A stretch of 64,000 nucleotides of DNA from Rhynchopus sp. YZ270_cl-10 (lineage: Eukaryota), in assembly GCA_964035575.1 (NCBI GenBank), contig OZ037834.1:806001-870000 (forward strand), written 5' to 3'. The notes below the pieces were generated by a model. The model did no database searches. It saw only the letters and a program-made list of their open reading frames with translations, and was not told where the DNA came from. The translations under genes and the position numbers were made by a program. This document shows, piece after piece, positions 22,630 to 32,843 of this stretch; the stretch's first letter is position 1; each line of letters opens with the position of its first letter.

Positions 22630-24277
22630 CATGTGAAAATGACTTTTTGCTGGGATCCTTCACAAACGGGGCGTGAAATAAAGTGAGCTTTTTTTCACGC
22701 TTGCTCTTAGTAATTTCGCTGGAGGCGTGAAAAAAAGTTTCACTGGCGTGAAAAAAAGTTTCACTGTTTTCTGTCAGTCACAAAACCACACACTCCACCC
22801 TACAAATCATGCCAAGGACCAAGAAGAAGGAGGCTATGGAGGATCTGTATGAGACCGAGCTTCTGGCAGGGTTGAAGTCAAGCACTGCATACAAAACGGA
22901 GTGGAATAAGTTTTTACAACACAATAAAATCACGGGGCGGAAGCAGCCAAGAGAAGAACATGTGGTCTCTTACTTGACACACCTGCGCGAAGAACGCAGC
23001 TACAAAGCCAGCTCATTATGGTCGTGCTACTCTAAGCTCAACTTTATGTTCAAGACGGAGTTCGACTTTTCACTAAAGGAGTACCACCGCATCGGGCTGT
23101 TGCTGAAGACCTGGGGAAGTGACGAATCGACGAAGAAGAGCAAGACGTTTTCGAAGGGAGAAGTGGAGATGTTTCTCAAGATGAGCGAGTTGAGCGACTG
23201 CTACTGGTGTGTCCGCAAGGCTTACGTCGCGGTGTGTTTTCTGTCGGGAATGAGATGCACAGAAGCACTGATGCTTGAGATGACAAATTATCAGGAATCA
23301 CCAGTGGGATACCTCTTCACGTACCAGCACTGTGCTAAGGTGAAAAAGGCCGACATGGAGCGTGGGAGGTTTGTGGTACCAAGAGACAGCATCTACTTTT
23401 GTGTGGTGGAGGAGTACCTGAACCGGCGCTCACCAGTTTCACAGGAGGGTCGCTTCTTCATCACTGGAACTAAGACGACAGCTGACAGAACTACTACTGG
23501 GACCTTTCGTGTGCAACCTCTTGGCATCAACAAAATGTACGGCATACCTGCAGAAGTCGCGAGGGTGCTTGCGCTGGACGGTTCGTACACTGGGCACAGC
23601 TTCCGCAGGTCTTCTGCGACTCAAGCCGCTGAGGCAGGAGCATCTATTGTACAGATGCAACGCCACTATGGGTGGGTCAGTCAGGCAATGCCACAAAGGT
23701 ACACCGAAGTCACACAGGCCGGTCAAGTTGCGATGTCACAGCTGTTGACACAGAACAACAGTCCCCCAACTCAGACGCCACAAGAAGTCAAGATTAACAT
23801 CAATGTGCAACAGAACAAACCATGATCATGAGTGCAAAAAAAAAAACCCCCCTTCTGTGATGCTCTATACACCTGCCCCCCCCCTACAGGCGAGATGAGT
23901 GGTGACATCTTGTAATTAGTACCAGTCATAGGAGGCATATATCAAAAAAAGTAACCCCTTCCCTGCTTTTGATTGATGTTCACATGTTCCCCTACTCTCA
24001 TTCACACTCTCACTTACAGGTACCCACATTTTGTTCATAAAATCACTCTATTTTACGTCTCGTTTGTGAAGGATCCCAGCAAAAATATCATTTTCACTTG
24101 TAAAACAAAACTACGTATTAGTTTGAAATAAAGTGCGTTTTTTCACTTCCACGTATTTTGTCTCACTCGTGCTCTATTATTGCCCTCGCCTGCGGCTCGG
24201 GCAATAAACTCTCACTCGTGAGCCAAAATTACGTGGGCGTGAAAAAAAGTGCACTTTATTTCACGCTAATAATTAGT
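22630..24277 (+). mobile_element. Crypton-like element: recombinase between ~57-bp inverted repeats plus a 3' long hairpin
   Basis: IRs at 22630-22686 and 24043-24100 (core TTTTTGCTGGGATCCTTCACAAACG). Palindrome 24110-24277 centred on GCCCTCGCCTGCGGCTCGGGC. Outer ends are approximate. Confidence 0.8.
22809..23825 (+). CDS. Tyrosine recombinase, CryptonI-like
   Basis: 338 aa, intact. SAM-like N-terminus (TAYKTEWNKF, SLWSCYSKL), KKSKTF, catalytic R (GMRC), QPLGIN, YTGHSFRRSSAT (HxxR), GW, and Tyr in PQRY. Confidence 0.9.
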   Translation: MPRTKKKEAMEDLYETELLAGLKSSTAYKTEWNKFLQHNKITGRKQPREEHVVSYLTHLREERSYKASSLWSCYSKLNFMFKTEFDFSLKEYHRIGLLLKTWGSDESTKKSKTFSKGEVEMFLKMSELSDCYWCVRKAYVAVCFLSGMRCTEALMLEMTNYQESPVGYLFTYQHCAKVKKADMERGRFVVPRDSIYFCVVEEYLNRRSPVSQEGRFFITGTKTTADRTTTGTFRVQPLGINKMYGIPAEVARVLALDGSYTGHSFRRSSATQAAEAGASIVQMQRHYGWVSQAMPQRYTEVTQAGQVAMSQLLTQNNSPPTQTPQEVKININVQQNKP

Positions 24278-24712
24278 TATTTTTTTCTCCGGAAACCAGA
24301 CCGGGCCTTGGTACAATCGGTTTTACAGGAGGGGGACGCACAAAAAAAAAAACACAATAAAACAAAGCAAAAAAAAAACAAAACAAAAACAAAATAAAAA
24401 GCAAACACCCCGACGAGACGTGTTAAAAAAAAACCCCCCCCATTTCTTTCCCCTCTTTTTTTTTCTTATTCCTACCTAATCTTGAAAGGAGAAAATAGTA
24501 TATTACCGGATACGGTCGCCAAATCATCCCTCGGAGGAGGATTTTGTGCCATCAACGAAAATCAACGTAACAGCTTTTGCTCACCTTTTTTTACCGATCC
24601 TACTATTTTCTGATATCCTACTACTTTCTGCTATTTTGGGGTCGTCGGCCACACCAGTATATCATCATCCGATCAACCCACCAACCAACCCCACCCTCCT
24701 CCCTCCTCCCCT

Positions 24713-24817
24713 CCACACCACCCACACCACCCACACCACCCACACCACCCACACCACCCACACCACCCACACCACCCACACCACCCACACCACCCACACC
24801 ACCCACACCACCCACAC
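24713..24817. repeat. (CACCACCCA)n 9-mer repeat upstream of the CDP-DAG synthase gene
   Basis: Seen directly. Confidence 0.9.
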
Positions 24818-24877
24818 TTAGGGGGTTATCGGTGCCTTCCCCCTCTCTTTCTCTCTCTCTCCCTTTTTCTTTGAAAC

Positions 24878-26257
24878 ATGCCTCGTCGTGGAGCAAGCGT
24901 TCAGAATGCCGAGGTGGCTGCCAACCGTGGGCACACCTCATGCTCGAGCTCGAGTGAATGCGAGGAAGATGCGGGCCCTGTGTCGCCTTCCTCCCCTCCA
25001 CAGACCCCGAAGTCAAATGCCGATTTGTTCAAACGCACGATCGGCACGTTCTTCATGTGTCTCCTCTTCGTGAGTGTACAGCATATTGGTCAGACGCTTG
25101 GGTTTGTGTTGGTTGCGTCCTGCCAAATTCTAATGTTCCACGAAATCATGAATATCCGCAAAAAGGAGTCTTTGGAAAAGGAAATCCCGCTTTCCAAGGT
25201 GCTCCATTGGTATATGTTTGCAGTGTGTCAGTTTTGCGCGATAACGTACAACATTAGAGTTCCATTGGTGCGGACCTGGCCGTTCATGGAGGCGTATTTA
25301 AAGAACTATATGTTCATCGGATTTTCTGCTTATATGTTAGGAATTATTGCGTTTGTTTTGTCGTTGAAGCCTAATGTCGTTGGGGTAGCAAATGCCCTCC
25401 GCAGTGTCGGGGGGAAGCTGAGACGGAGACGTCCGGGAGGGGTACAACCTGCTGGAGGGGAACACCAGCACCAACACCACGCGCCCGCGAAGCCGCCAAA
25501 ACAGATTTATTTCCGTTATCAATTTTCGCAGTTTGGGTGGTTGCATATGGGGTTGATCGTGTTCGGTGTGATGAGCTCCTGTTTTTACACAACTATGATG
25601 GAGGGGATGATCTGGTTTACCCTTCCGGTGTCTTGCATTGTGCATAACGACTCCTGGGCATATGCTTGCGGGAAACTATTTGGATCGGTTCCGCTGATTC
25701 CTACCTTATCGCCAAAGAAGACGTGGGAAGGGTTTCTTGGTGCCTGGTTTTTTACTACGTTGTGGGCATTCTGGTACAGCGATTTTTTGTCGTCGCATAA
25801 AAGGTTTATTTGTCCGAAGACGAAATTTTTGTCGCCGATTGACTGTGAGGTGTCGTCGGTGTTTATCCCGCAGGAGTACGACGTGCCGGACTTCATTGCG
25901 AATGTGGTCGGGGTGGCCGTGGTAACGTTGAAGCCGGTTCAGCTTCATGCGATGGCGTTTTCAGCGTTTTCGTCGTTGTTCGCTCCGTTTGGGGGCTTCT
26001 TCGCGTCAGGTCTGAAGCGCGCATTCAATCTCAAAGACTTCGGCGACCTGATCCCAGGCCACGGAGGAATGATCGACAGAATGGACTGCCAGATTCTCAT
26101 GGCGTTGTTCGTTTACGTGTATTTCTTCAACTTTATTACCGGGAGTGGAGGGGTGTGCAGTGGTGCGAGTGGTCTGTTCGCTACGTGCATCGGCAGAATG
26201 ACAGACGAACAAAAGAGGGGGCTCTTTGAAACGCTAGCAGGAGAGTTGGTATGTTAG
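24878..26257 (+). CDS. CDS: Phosphatidate cytidylyltransferase (CDP-diacylglycerol synthase)
   Basis: NDSWAY..GKLFG, LSPKKTWEGF, APFGGFFASGLKRAF, KDFGDLIPGHGGMIDRMDCQ; multiple TM segments. Confidence 0.95.
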   Translation: MPRRGASVQNAEVAANRGHTSCSSSSECEEDAGPVSPSSPPQTPKSNADLFKRTIGTFFMCLLFVSVQHIGQTLGFVLVASCQILMFHEIMNIRKKESLEKEIPLSKVLHWYMFAVCQFCAITYNIRVPLVRTWPFMEAYLKNYMFIGFSAYMLGIIAFVLSLKPNVVGVANALRSVGGKLRRRRPGGVQPAGGEHQHQHHAPAKPPKQIYFRYQFSQFGWLHMGLIVFGVMSSCFYTTMMEGMIWFTLPVSCIVHNDSWAYACGKLFGSVPLIPTLSPKKTWEGFLGAWFFTTLWAFWYSDFLSSHKRFICPKTKFLSPIDCEVSSVFIPQEYDVPDFIANVVGVAVVTLKPVQLHAMAFSAFSSLFAPFGGFFASGLKRAFNLKDFGDLIPGHGGMIDRMDCQILMALFVYVYFFNFITGSGGVCSGASGLFATCIGRMTDEQKRGLFETLAGELVC

Positions 26258-26348
26258 AGTTTGCTGTGATCTTCTTCCGTCCAAGAATTACTGCCTATGA
26301 TGGGGTGGCCCGGGGGGTACGGCGTCTAGCTTTTACAATTTTTTTCCC

Positions 26349-26556
26349 CCTTACACGTAGTGTTATTAGAAACTCGAATAATAAAGCCAACGTTTAATCG
26401 CCTGATACCGACTATTTTCTCCTCCCCTTTAAAAATCACTTGCGCCAAAATTCAGATCTCATACACTGTTTTTGTCTGCGTTCAACGAAAATAATCTTCC
26501 CCCCTTTTTCTAGTCGAGTAATCAAGATCAGTTGGCAGACTGTAAGAGTCGAGTTT
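26349..26556. repeat. ~205-bp dispersed element with asymmetric IR (AAACTCGA...TCGAGTTT)
   Basis: A near-identical copy lies at ~55802-56009, inside an intron. Confidence 0.92.
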
Positions 26557-27504
26557 TTTTAAAAATCTGAAATGAATCTAATAAAAAAAATCACAAATAA
26601 TCACATTGATGAGTTATCAAACACTACGCAACACACTAGGACAGCCCTAGGGCCATTTTTCTGTGCAAGAAATTACCCTCACTAGGCATACAACGACACT
26701 CCACACCCTTGATATGTCTTGACATACCACATTACATCCACTCTTCAGGGCTACGTCGTACAGAACGGTATCGCAACGGCAACAGAGGGTCTATAGAAAG
26801 GTAAATCCTGTTGTTAAGAAGACGGAGGAGAGCGAAAAGGGCAAACAAACAAATATAATGCAACTAAGTTTTTCACAAAAAAAAAAAAGGGAAAAAGGGT
26901 GGGGAGGGAGGGTTTTTTTTTTTTTTGATTTTCATAAGATAGGGGGTGGGAGGAAGGAGAGGTCGGAGTTTTGTTTTGTGAAGAGAGGGGATAGATGTCT
27001 TTTCTTCTTTTTTAACCACACTTTTTACCATCTTTTTTTTAATAACCCTAAACACCCCACGCCATATTTTCATGCTACTTTTGAGTTTTTGGTTTTTGGG
27101 GCTGCTATTTTATTATTTTTTTTTGAGACAGGTCCGTGCCATGTCAAAAAAGCGTTCTAGCCTACCCTTTGGACCTTTGGAACCCTTTGGAAATTGGTGC
27201 CATCGTTTTTTGTTTTTTGTTTTTTTCTACCAGGTTCTGAGAACAGACCAGGTTTAACCTCCTTCTTGCTCTCTCTTGCTTTTTACGACTTCTATTTTAA
27301 GATGTGTGGGCGTAAAGCACATTCATTCTTAACAACCCTTCGTTGTCTTTTGTCTCTTTGCCTCTTTGAGAAATCGCCCCCTTTTTTTTATATTTTCGTT
27401 TCGGAGGGTCCAAAACAAAGTTATCCCCACCCCCCTTTTGGGTACTTTGTGGGTAATACACTTGTGTGCAAAAAAGAAGAACGAACTGAATAGTGGAACA
27501 CACT

Positions 27505-27712
27505 CTAGACCATACACTCGATATCGAGTCGCATGCGTGAATCATTTTCGCATTTCTCGCACACCATTCTCGCGAAAATCATTCTCGCTCACGTAGACGG
27601 GTTTTGGTCGTGCAAGAATGAGCGATAATATTTTTTTCAGTCAGACCAGACTTTTTTTTGTGCGAGAATGCGAGAAAAATTTGCGCGACTCGTCATTGAG
27701 TGTATGTTCTAG
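27505..27712. mobile_element. MITE-like foldback element
   Basis: Ends CTAGACCATACACTC...GAGTGTATGTTCTAG, with internal TTCTCGC/GCGAGAA inverted motifs. Confidence 0.7.
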
Positions 27713-28229
27713 GGTTGGCTATATACTGCGGGTTTGCACTACAACCAAGTTTTCAAAAAAAAAGTAATAATCTACGATTTGGAGTCTGTCGATGGTAATA
27801 TAGCCTTTTCGGGTTCAACATTGTATGCAAAACACCCTACCTCTCGGGTAATTTAGCAATACAAGCAAAACAAAACAAGCAAAAAAATAAAAATAAAAGA
27901 GTGGTCTTTGGGTACGGAGACTTGGCTGTCCATCTTTTTGTTTTTAAAGCCTTCTCTCAGGGCAGAGTCTTTTGGTTCTCCCCCCCTGGGTTACCCTCCC
28001 CCCCCTACGTTGGCAAAGCAAAAGAGGACACGCTATGTCCCTCCAGGCCTCTATGTGAAGGTGTATTAAAAAAAAGGGCGACATTGTTGTACAGATCCTA
28101 CGGGTAGGTGATTGTCGATGCAACAAAAAAAAAAAAAACGGCAGTTACCTTAAAAAAAGCGTTCAGTATAGTGAAGTGAATCCTCAGGTGTCTGTACTGA
28201 TACACAAAGTTTTTTATAAAAAAAAAATG

Positions 28230-28297
28230 TTAGCCTTCGGGCGGCTTTGTGTACAGAACCCGTCCTCGGACAGGATGATTGTCGAAACTACAAAAAA
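28230..28297 (+). repeat. Dispersed repeat R5: AGCCTTC..GCG.CTTTGTGTACAGA.CCC.TCCT..ACAGG..GATTGTCGAA.CTACAAAAA
   Basis: Copies near 28075, 28230, 33052 and 33940. Confidence 0.8.
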
Positions 28298-28434
28298 AGA
28301 AGAAAAAATATTGTCTGGAAGTATTCTAACCCCTTCGATGAACTGTTGATTTGTATAAGGGACCTTGTGAGGGTGCTCCTCCGATAGCGGGAGGGCGCAT
28401 CTTACGCGCAAAAACAATACAAAAACAAAAAAAG

Positions 28435-28838
28435 CATAGATACAGAATGCGCATCATGCGCAAATTGTGTAAAAAACACAAATTGTCATGCGCATATTTT
28501 TTTGTGTTTTTTCTAAGAGAAAAACACAAAATTTTGCGCATTAAAAAAAACAGCAAAAAAATATGCGCATCTTAGAAAAACACACAAAACTTTGCGCGTT
28601 ATGCGCATTATGCGCATTCTGATGCGCATATTTTTTGTGTGTTTTTCTAAGATGCGCATGTTTTTTGTGTTTTTTTTGGTATGCATACGTGCTATGCGCA
28701 TACCAAAAAAACACAAAAAGACATGCGCATGAAGAAAAACACAAAAAAATATGCGCATCCACTTTTGTTTTTTTGTATGCGCATGACATAAAAAAAACAC
28801 ACAAAAAACATGCGCATGATGCGCATTCTCTAGCTATG
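28435..28838. mobile_element. Foldback/MITE built from ATGCGCAT motifs
   Basis: Inverted ends AGAATGCGCATCATGCGCA (28444) and TGCGCATGATGCGCATTCT (ending 28829), with many internal TGCGCA sites. Confidence 0.75.
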
Positions 28839-29032
28839 AAAAAGCAAAAAAAATAAATACAAACGACCAAAAAAAGCGTTTCAAAAGAAACAAAATACAA
28901 AAGAGAGAAAAACCCCCTTTCCCACCCCCCCAATACTTTTATTCAGCTCTCCTCTCTCCCGCATCTCTTGCATTGCGATTAGGACATACGAATCCTCCTT
29001 TTTTAGCTAGCGGAGCTTTGATAACGATGTAT

Positions 29033-29900
29033 TCACCTAATGGCATATTGACGCCCTTGAAAAGAGTCAGAGTCTGAGTTTGAACTCATTGCTTTGCTGA
29101 CATCCAAGTACAGCGCGTTCTTCTTACCCAGTAAGGCCACGTACATGCACTCGCCGTTGGCTGCGTTCGGCACCCTCTTCCCCCCATGCGCCTCGAGGAA
29201 TGCGTCAAGGTTTGCCGCCTCCTCCGGGTTGATGTCACCGTCTGCTCCACCTGCCAGCGCCCCGGGCCCCAGGTTTATGCTCTGACATTGATGTGACAGC
29301 TCCCACCCGTCCCCTGTCCCCGCCGGTCGCCTCAACCTCTGCATGACAACCCACACCCTGCTGGCAAGTACTCGCAACCACAGCCTCCCTCTACGTACTC
29401 TGTATCTGCCCTGTAGACCCTTCCTCAGCAGCACACTCAGCAGCTCTGCGTCCTGTAGATCGTAGGTTACCAGATCTGTTATGAAGGGTTAACAATATAG
29501 TGGACCCCATAGATTCCTTCGTTGTTTCAGAGAGGAGATTCTTCTTTTGGGTCGAGGGTTGAATTGTCTCTCGAATTTGTTCAAAAACCACGTTTCTCGA
29601 GAAGTGCGAGAGGTACTATACTGTCAGGGCGGCTGGTTCGCTTCCGCCCCCCGCGAATGTGGTGCTGGTAGGCCTCGAATTTTTGCGTGGCCGATATCTC
29701 CTGGCAAAATCCAGGTTCTACCCCATTGGGTCCAGGATGCGAGGAGGAGTGAGGTCCACCCGGTATCACTGCAGGATAGATACTGTTGTTGATGAGCTTT
29801 TTGCAGGACACAACGCGGTCATGTGCCGATGCCGCGAAATCCATGACCAAACATGGTCGTCTTCTTCGCGGTCCTTCTTCGCGATGCGGGATCACGACAA
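29033..29900 (-). pseudogene. Degraded pogo/DDE_1-like transposase followed by an OTU-like motif
   Basis: CLVMDFAASAH and PAVIPGG(frameshift)LTPPRILD resemble DDE_1 LLxxDxxxxH and IPGGxTxxLQPLD. Downstream RVPNAANGECMY resembles the OTU DGxC loop. Confidence 0.5.
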
Positions 29901-30069
29901 CTCAGGAAGGTTACTCCTCAGGTTACGCTGCCTTGAATTCCACAAAAAAGTGCATTTTTTTTTTGGGGGGGGCTTTTTTGGGCGGCTAAAATATTATCTG
30001 TACAAACACCCATTTGTGAACGGTTTCTTATTAAATCCTTTTCACCAAAGGTAGGGGGTAGCAAAAAAG

Positions 30070-30333
30070 ATGTCTGACCAAGAAGACTTTGGTGAAGGTG
30101 TCGTGCACATGGCGCTGGAGGAGGACGAGGCCACGTGTGGCGCACAGCCTACACCATCGCACGGTATGGTGCCAGACGCAGCGTCGCCGGCAGTGGGTGC
30201 GATGACAGCCATGGCGCAGGCGATGATGGGACCGACACGTGCATGCAACCAGTGTGGAAAGGAGATTGCCGCTGCGGGATTTGAAGAACACACTAAGGTG
30301 TGGTGCAGCGCTTTGCCGGCTACGGAGTGGTGA
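30070..30333 (+). CDS. 87-aa ORF with a CxxC...H...C Zn-finger-like motif
   Basis: ATG after an A-run, coding-like GC content, CNQCGKEIAAAGFEEHTKVWC. May belong to the adjacent transposon remnant. Confidence 0.4.
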   Translation: MSDQEDFGEGVVHMALEEDEATCGAQPTPSHGMVPDAASPAVGAMTAMAQAMMGPTRACNQCGKEIAAAGFEEHTKVWCSALPATEW

Positions 30334-30680
30334 GTGATGATTATGTGATTATGGGTTCACGGGGGGGAGAAAATACAGTTTTGGGGTCTAGGGTGTGCGT
30401 TGAAAAAAAAAAAAACAGCTGTGCGTAGTTCCCCCATGTGTGCATGATCCATCCCGTCTGTGAAAAAAAAAAATCCACCCCAACACTGCCAAGACAAGAG
30501 AGTGTAGAAGCGAGACCAATTCTCTCATTTCTTTTTTTCTTCTTTCCTTCAAAGGAGACGAAAGCAAAAAGGATCTTTACCTATATCTCACCATTTTTTG
30601 ACAGCCACCCCACTCAACCCCCTCTTAACTCTACCCACCCCTTCAGTCAAAGCCCCCCCTTTCCCCCTTCCCCCCCCAAC

Positions 30681-32843
30681 ATGAATTTTGGAAAATGGCT
30701 AGGGATTGGAGGCATCAAAGACTTTCCTTATGATTTGGGTGAGGTGCTGGAGGTGCAGCCTAGCAGCCATTGGACGCAACGGCGTGGTACGCGCCAGGCA
30801 GATAGTGTTGAAGTGACTATCTTTCAGTACGAAAAGAAGCCTGCAGACACCGACGAGACGAGTCTTGCGTGCAACGGATGGAAGAAGACGAAAATGCTCA
30901 AACTCCCCGGCTTTTTGAAGTGCCTCGACGCTGTGGACACACCTACCCACTACTACATAGCGACCGAAGAGTGCCGACCCCTCGTAGACGTCCTCGAAAA
31001 CACCGACGAATTTGGCGAAGACGACAAAAAGGAAGAATTCATCGCGTACGGTGTGTACTCCATTGTCCAAGCCCTGTCGCATCTGCACGAACGGCAACTG
31101 ATGCATGGAAACTGCGGAAAGCATGCGGTGTACTGCACGAAGTCGGGCGACTGGAGGCTTTGGGGTCTCGACTGGGTGACAAATCTCGCAGACTCTGAGA
31201 GCTCGTCGCACTTTAAAAGCTTCTTCAACTATCTTCCGGTGCCTTATTTGTCTCCTGAGCTTGCGAAAGAGAATTGGTCTGCAGTGGAAAAAAGCCCTGT
31301 TCACGCGATTGACGCATGGTCCCTTGGTTGCCTAATCTACGAGGTGTTCAACGGCGACCTCCCCGATTCTGCTAGCGCAATGAAAACACGTAAGAACATT
31401 CCCTCAGAACTGTACTCAGCGTACACCGGCCTGCTGCATACCGCACCTCGCGCCAGAGCGAACACCGCAAAGTTACTCTCAACAGACTACTTCGAGGAGT
31501 CTACGTACATCTCCGTGCAAAAGGAGATCGACAACCTTTCCCTCAAGGACCAGGTGGACAGAGACCGCTTCTTCCGCAAACTCGCCTCCGTTGTCAACCA
31601 ATTCCCCCTTTCCAACTGCAAATACACGGTCCTCCCTAAGCTGACCACAGCACTCACCTACGGCGCTGGAGGCGCCTCGGCGTTGGAGCCTATGCTCATC
31701 ATTGGCAAGAGACTGACTGAATCAGAGTACACAGAGTTGGTTGTCCCCGGGGTGGTGCAGCTGTTCTCCTCGGGAGAACGCATCGTGCGAATCAAACTTT
31801 TGCAGAATGTGCAAAGCTTTGCCAAGGCGATTCCACAGCACCTCTTGTGCACACAGATTTGGCCCCTTTTGGCGCAGGGTTTTGTTAACAATGTGCCAGA
31901 AATTCGGGAGTTGACGATAAAATCTATGGTTTCAATCGTCCCAAAACTGACCCCTCCGTTGGTCGACGAGGCTGTAAAACAGTTAATCCGTCTGCAAGGA
32001 GATATCGAAGGCGGTATTCGCACCAACGCCACCATCTGCCTTGGTATGGTTGCACAGCACATCCCTGCAGGGGAGAGGCAGATTACACTGCACAAAGCCT
32101 TCGCAAAAATGCTGAAAGACAAATTCATTCACAGTAGAGGCGCTGCGTTAGGATCATACATTGCCTGCATCGACGTCTTCGATATTGGTCTAGCCGCCCA
32201 AGGAGTCATTCCGGCCCTCTCCCCTTCCCTGGTTGACCCCGAAAAGGATATCCGCAGCAAAGCGCTCAAAGCCTTGAAAGCATATCTCGCAAAGGTTGAG
32301 TCCGGGCAGGACAGTATTCACAGCCCTCCTCCTGCAGCAGCGGCGTCGCCGGTCACTCCAGGGAAGGAGGCGGAGGGGGGGTCATGGGGGTGGGCAAGCA
32401 GTCTTGGAGGGTTAGGAAAGGCGAATGAGCCTGGAGGTAATACCACTCCAGCTGCTACCACATCCACTCCAAAGGTGGCAGCAGTAACAACAACAGCAAC
32501 ACCTTCACCTGCAGCTACCCCCACCCCTCCAGCAGAGGTGGTGGACACTGCAGCGTGGGGTGACGATGATGACATTGACATGGATATGGATGACGACACA
32601 ACAGGAGGGGGAGGAGGAGGTGGAGACTCTTGGGGTGCCCCCGTCCCCGCTCCCGTCATGCGTGCGAAAAAACATACCCCGCCCAATGCGTCGCTTGGAG
32701 AGGATGGAGGAGGAGGAGGAGGAGGCGGAGGGTCCGCTGGGGGACACTCCCCTCCCGCAACCGGTCCGAGGCTTGGGGGGATGAAGTTGGGAGGGATGAA
32801 GCCGAAGAAGAAGGGTCTCGGGGCGTTAAAGAAGAATGATTGA
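30681..32843 (+). CDS. SCYL1: SCY1-like pseudokinase with HEAT repeats (SCYL1/CEX1)
   Basis: Likely start MNFGKWLG. KDFPY, IATE, HGN in place of HRD, IDAWSLGCLIYEVFNG, HEAT region (IRELTIKSM, IRTNATICLG), and a disordered tail ending KKKGLGALKKND. Confidence 0.92.
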   Translation: MNFGKWLGIGGIKDFPYDLGEVLEVQPSSHWTQRRGTRQADSVEVTIFQYEKKPADTDETSLACNGWKKTKMLKLPGFLKCLDAVDTPTHYYIATEECRPLVDVLENTDEFGEDDKKEEFIAYGVYSIVQALSHLHERQLMHGNCGKHAVYCTKSGDWRLWGLDWVTNLADSESSSHFKSFFNYLPVPYLSPELAKENWSAVEKSPVHAIDAWSLGCLIYEVFNGDLPDSASAMKTRKNIPSELYSAYTGLLHTAPRARANTAKLLSTDYFEESTYISVQKEIDNLSLKDQVDRDRFFRKLASVVNQFPLSNCKYTVLPKLTTALTYGAGGASALEPMLIIGKRLTESEYTELVVPGVVQLFSSGERIVRIKLLQNVQSFAKAIPQHLLCTQIWPLLAQGFVNNVPEIRELTIKSMVSIVPKLTPPLVDEAVKQLIRLQGDIEGGIRTNATICLGMVAQHIPAGERQITLHKAFAKMLKDKFIHSRGAALGSYIACIDVFDIGLAAQGVIPALSPSLVDPEKDIRSKALKALKAYLAKVESGQDSIHSPPPAAAASPVTPGKEAEGGSWGWASSLGGLGKANEPGGNTTPAATTSTPKVAAVTTTATPSPAATPTPPAEVVDTAAWGDDDDIDMDMDDDTTGGGGGGGDSWGAPVPAPVMRAKKHTPPNASLGEDGGGGGGGGGSAGGHSPPATGPRLGGMKLGGMKPKKKGLGALKKND

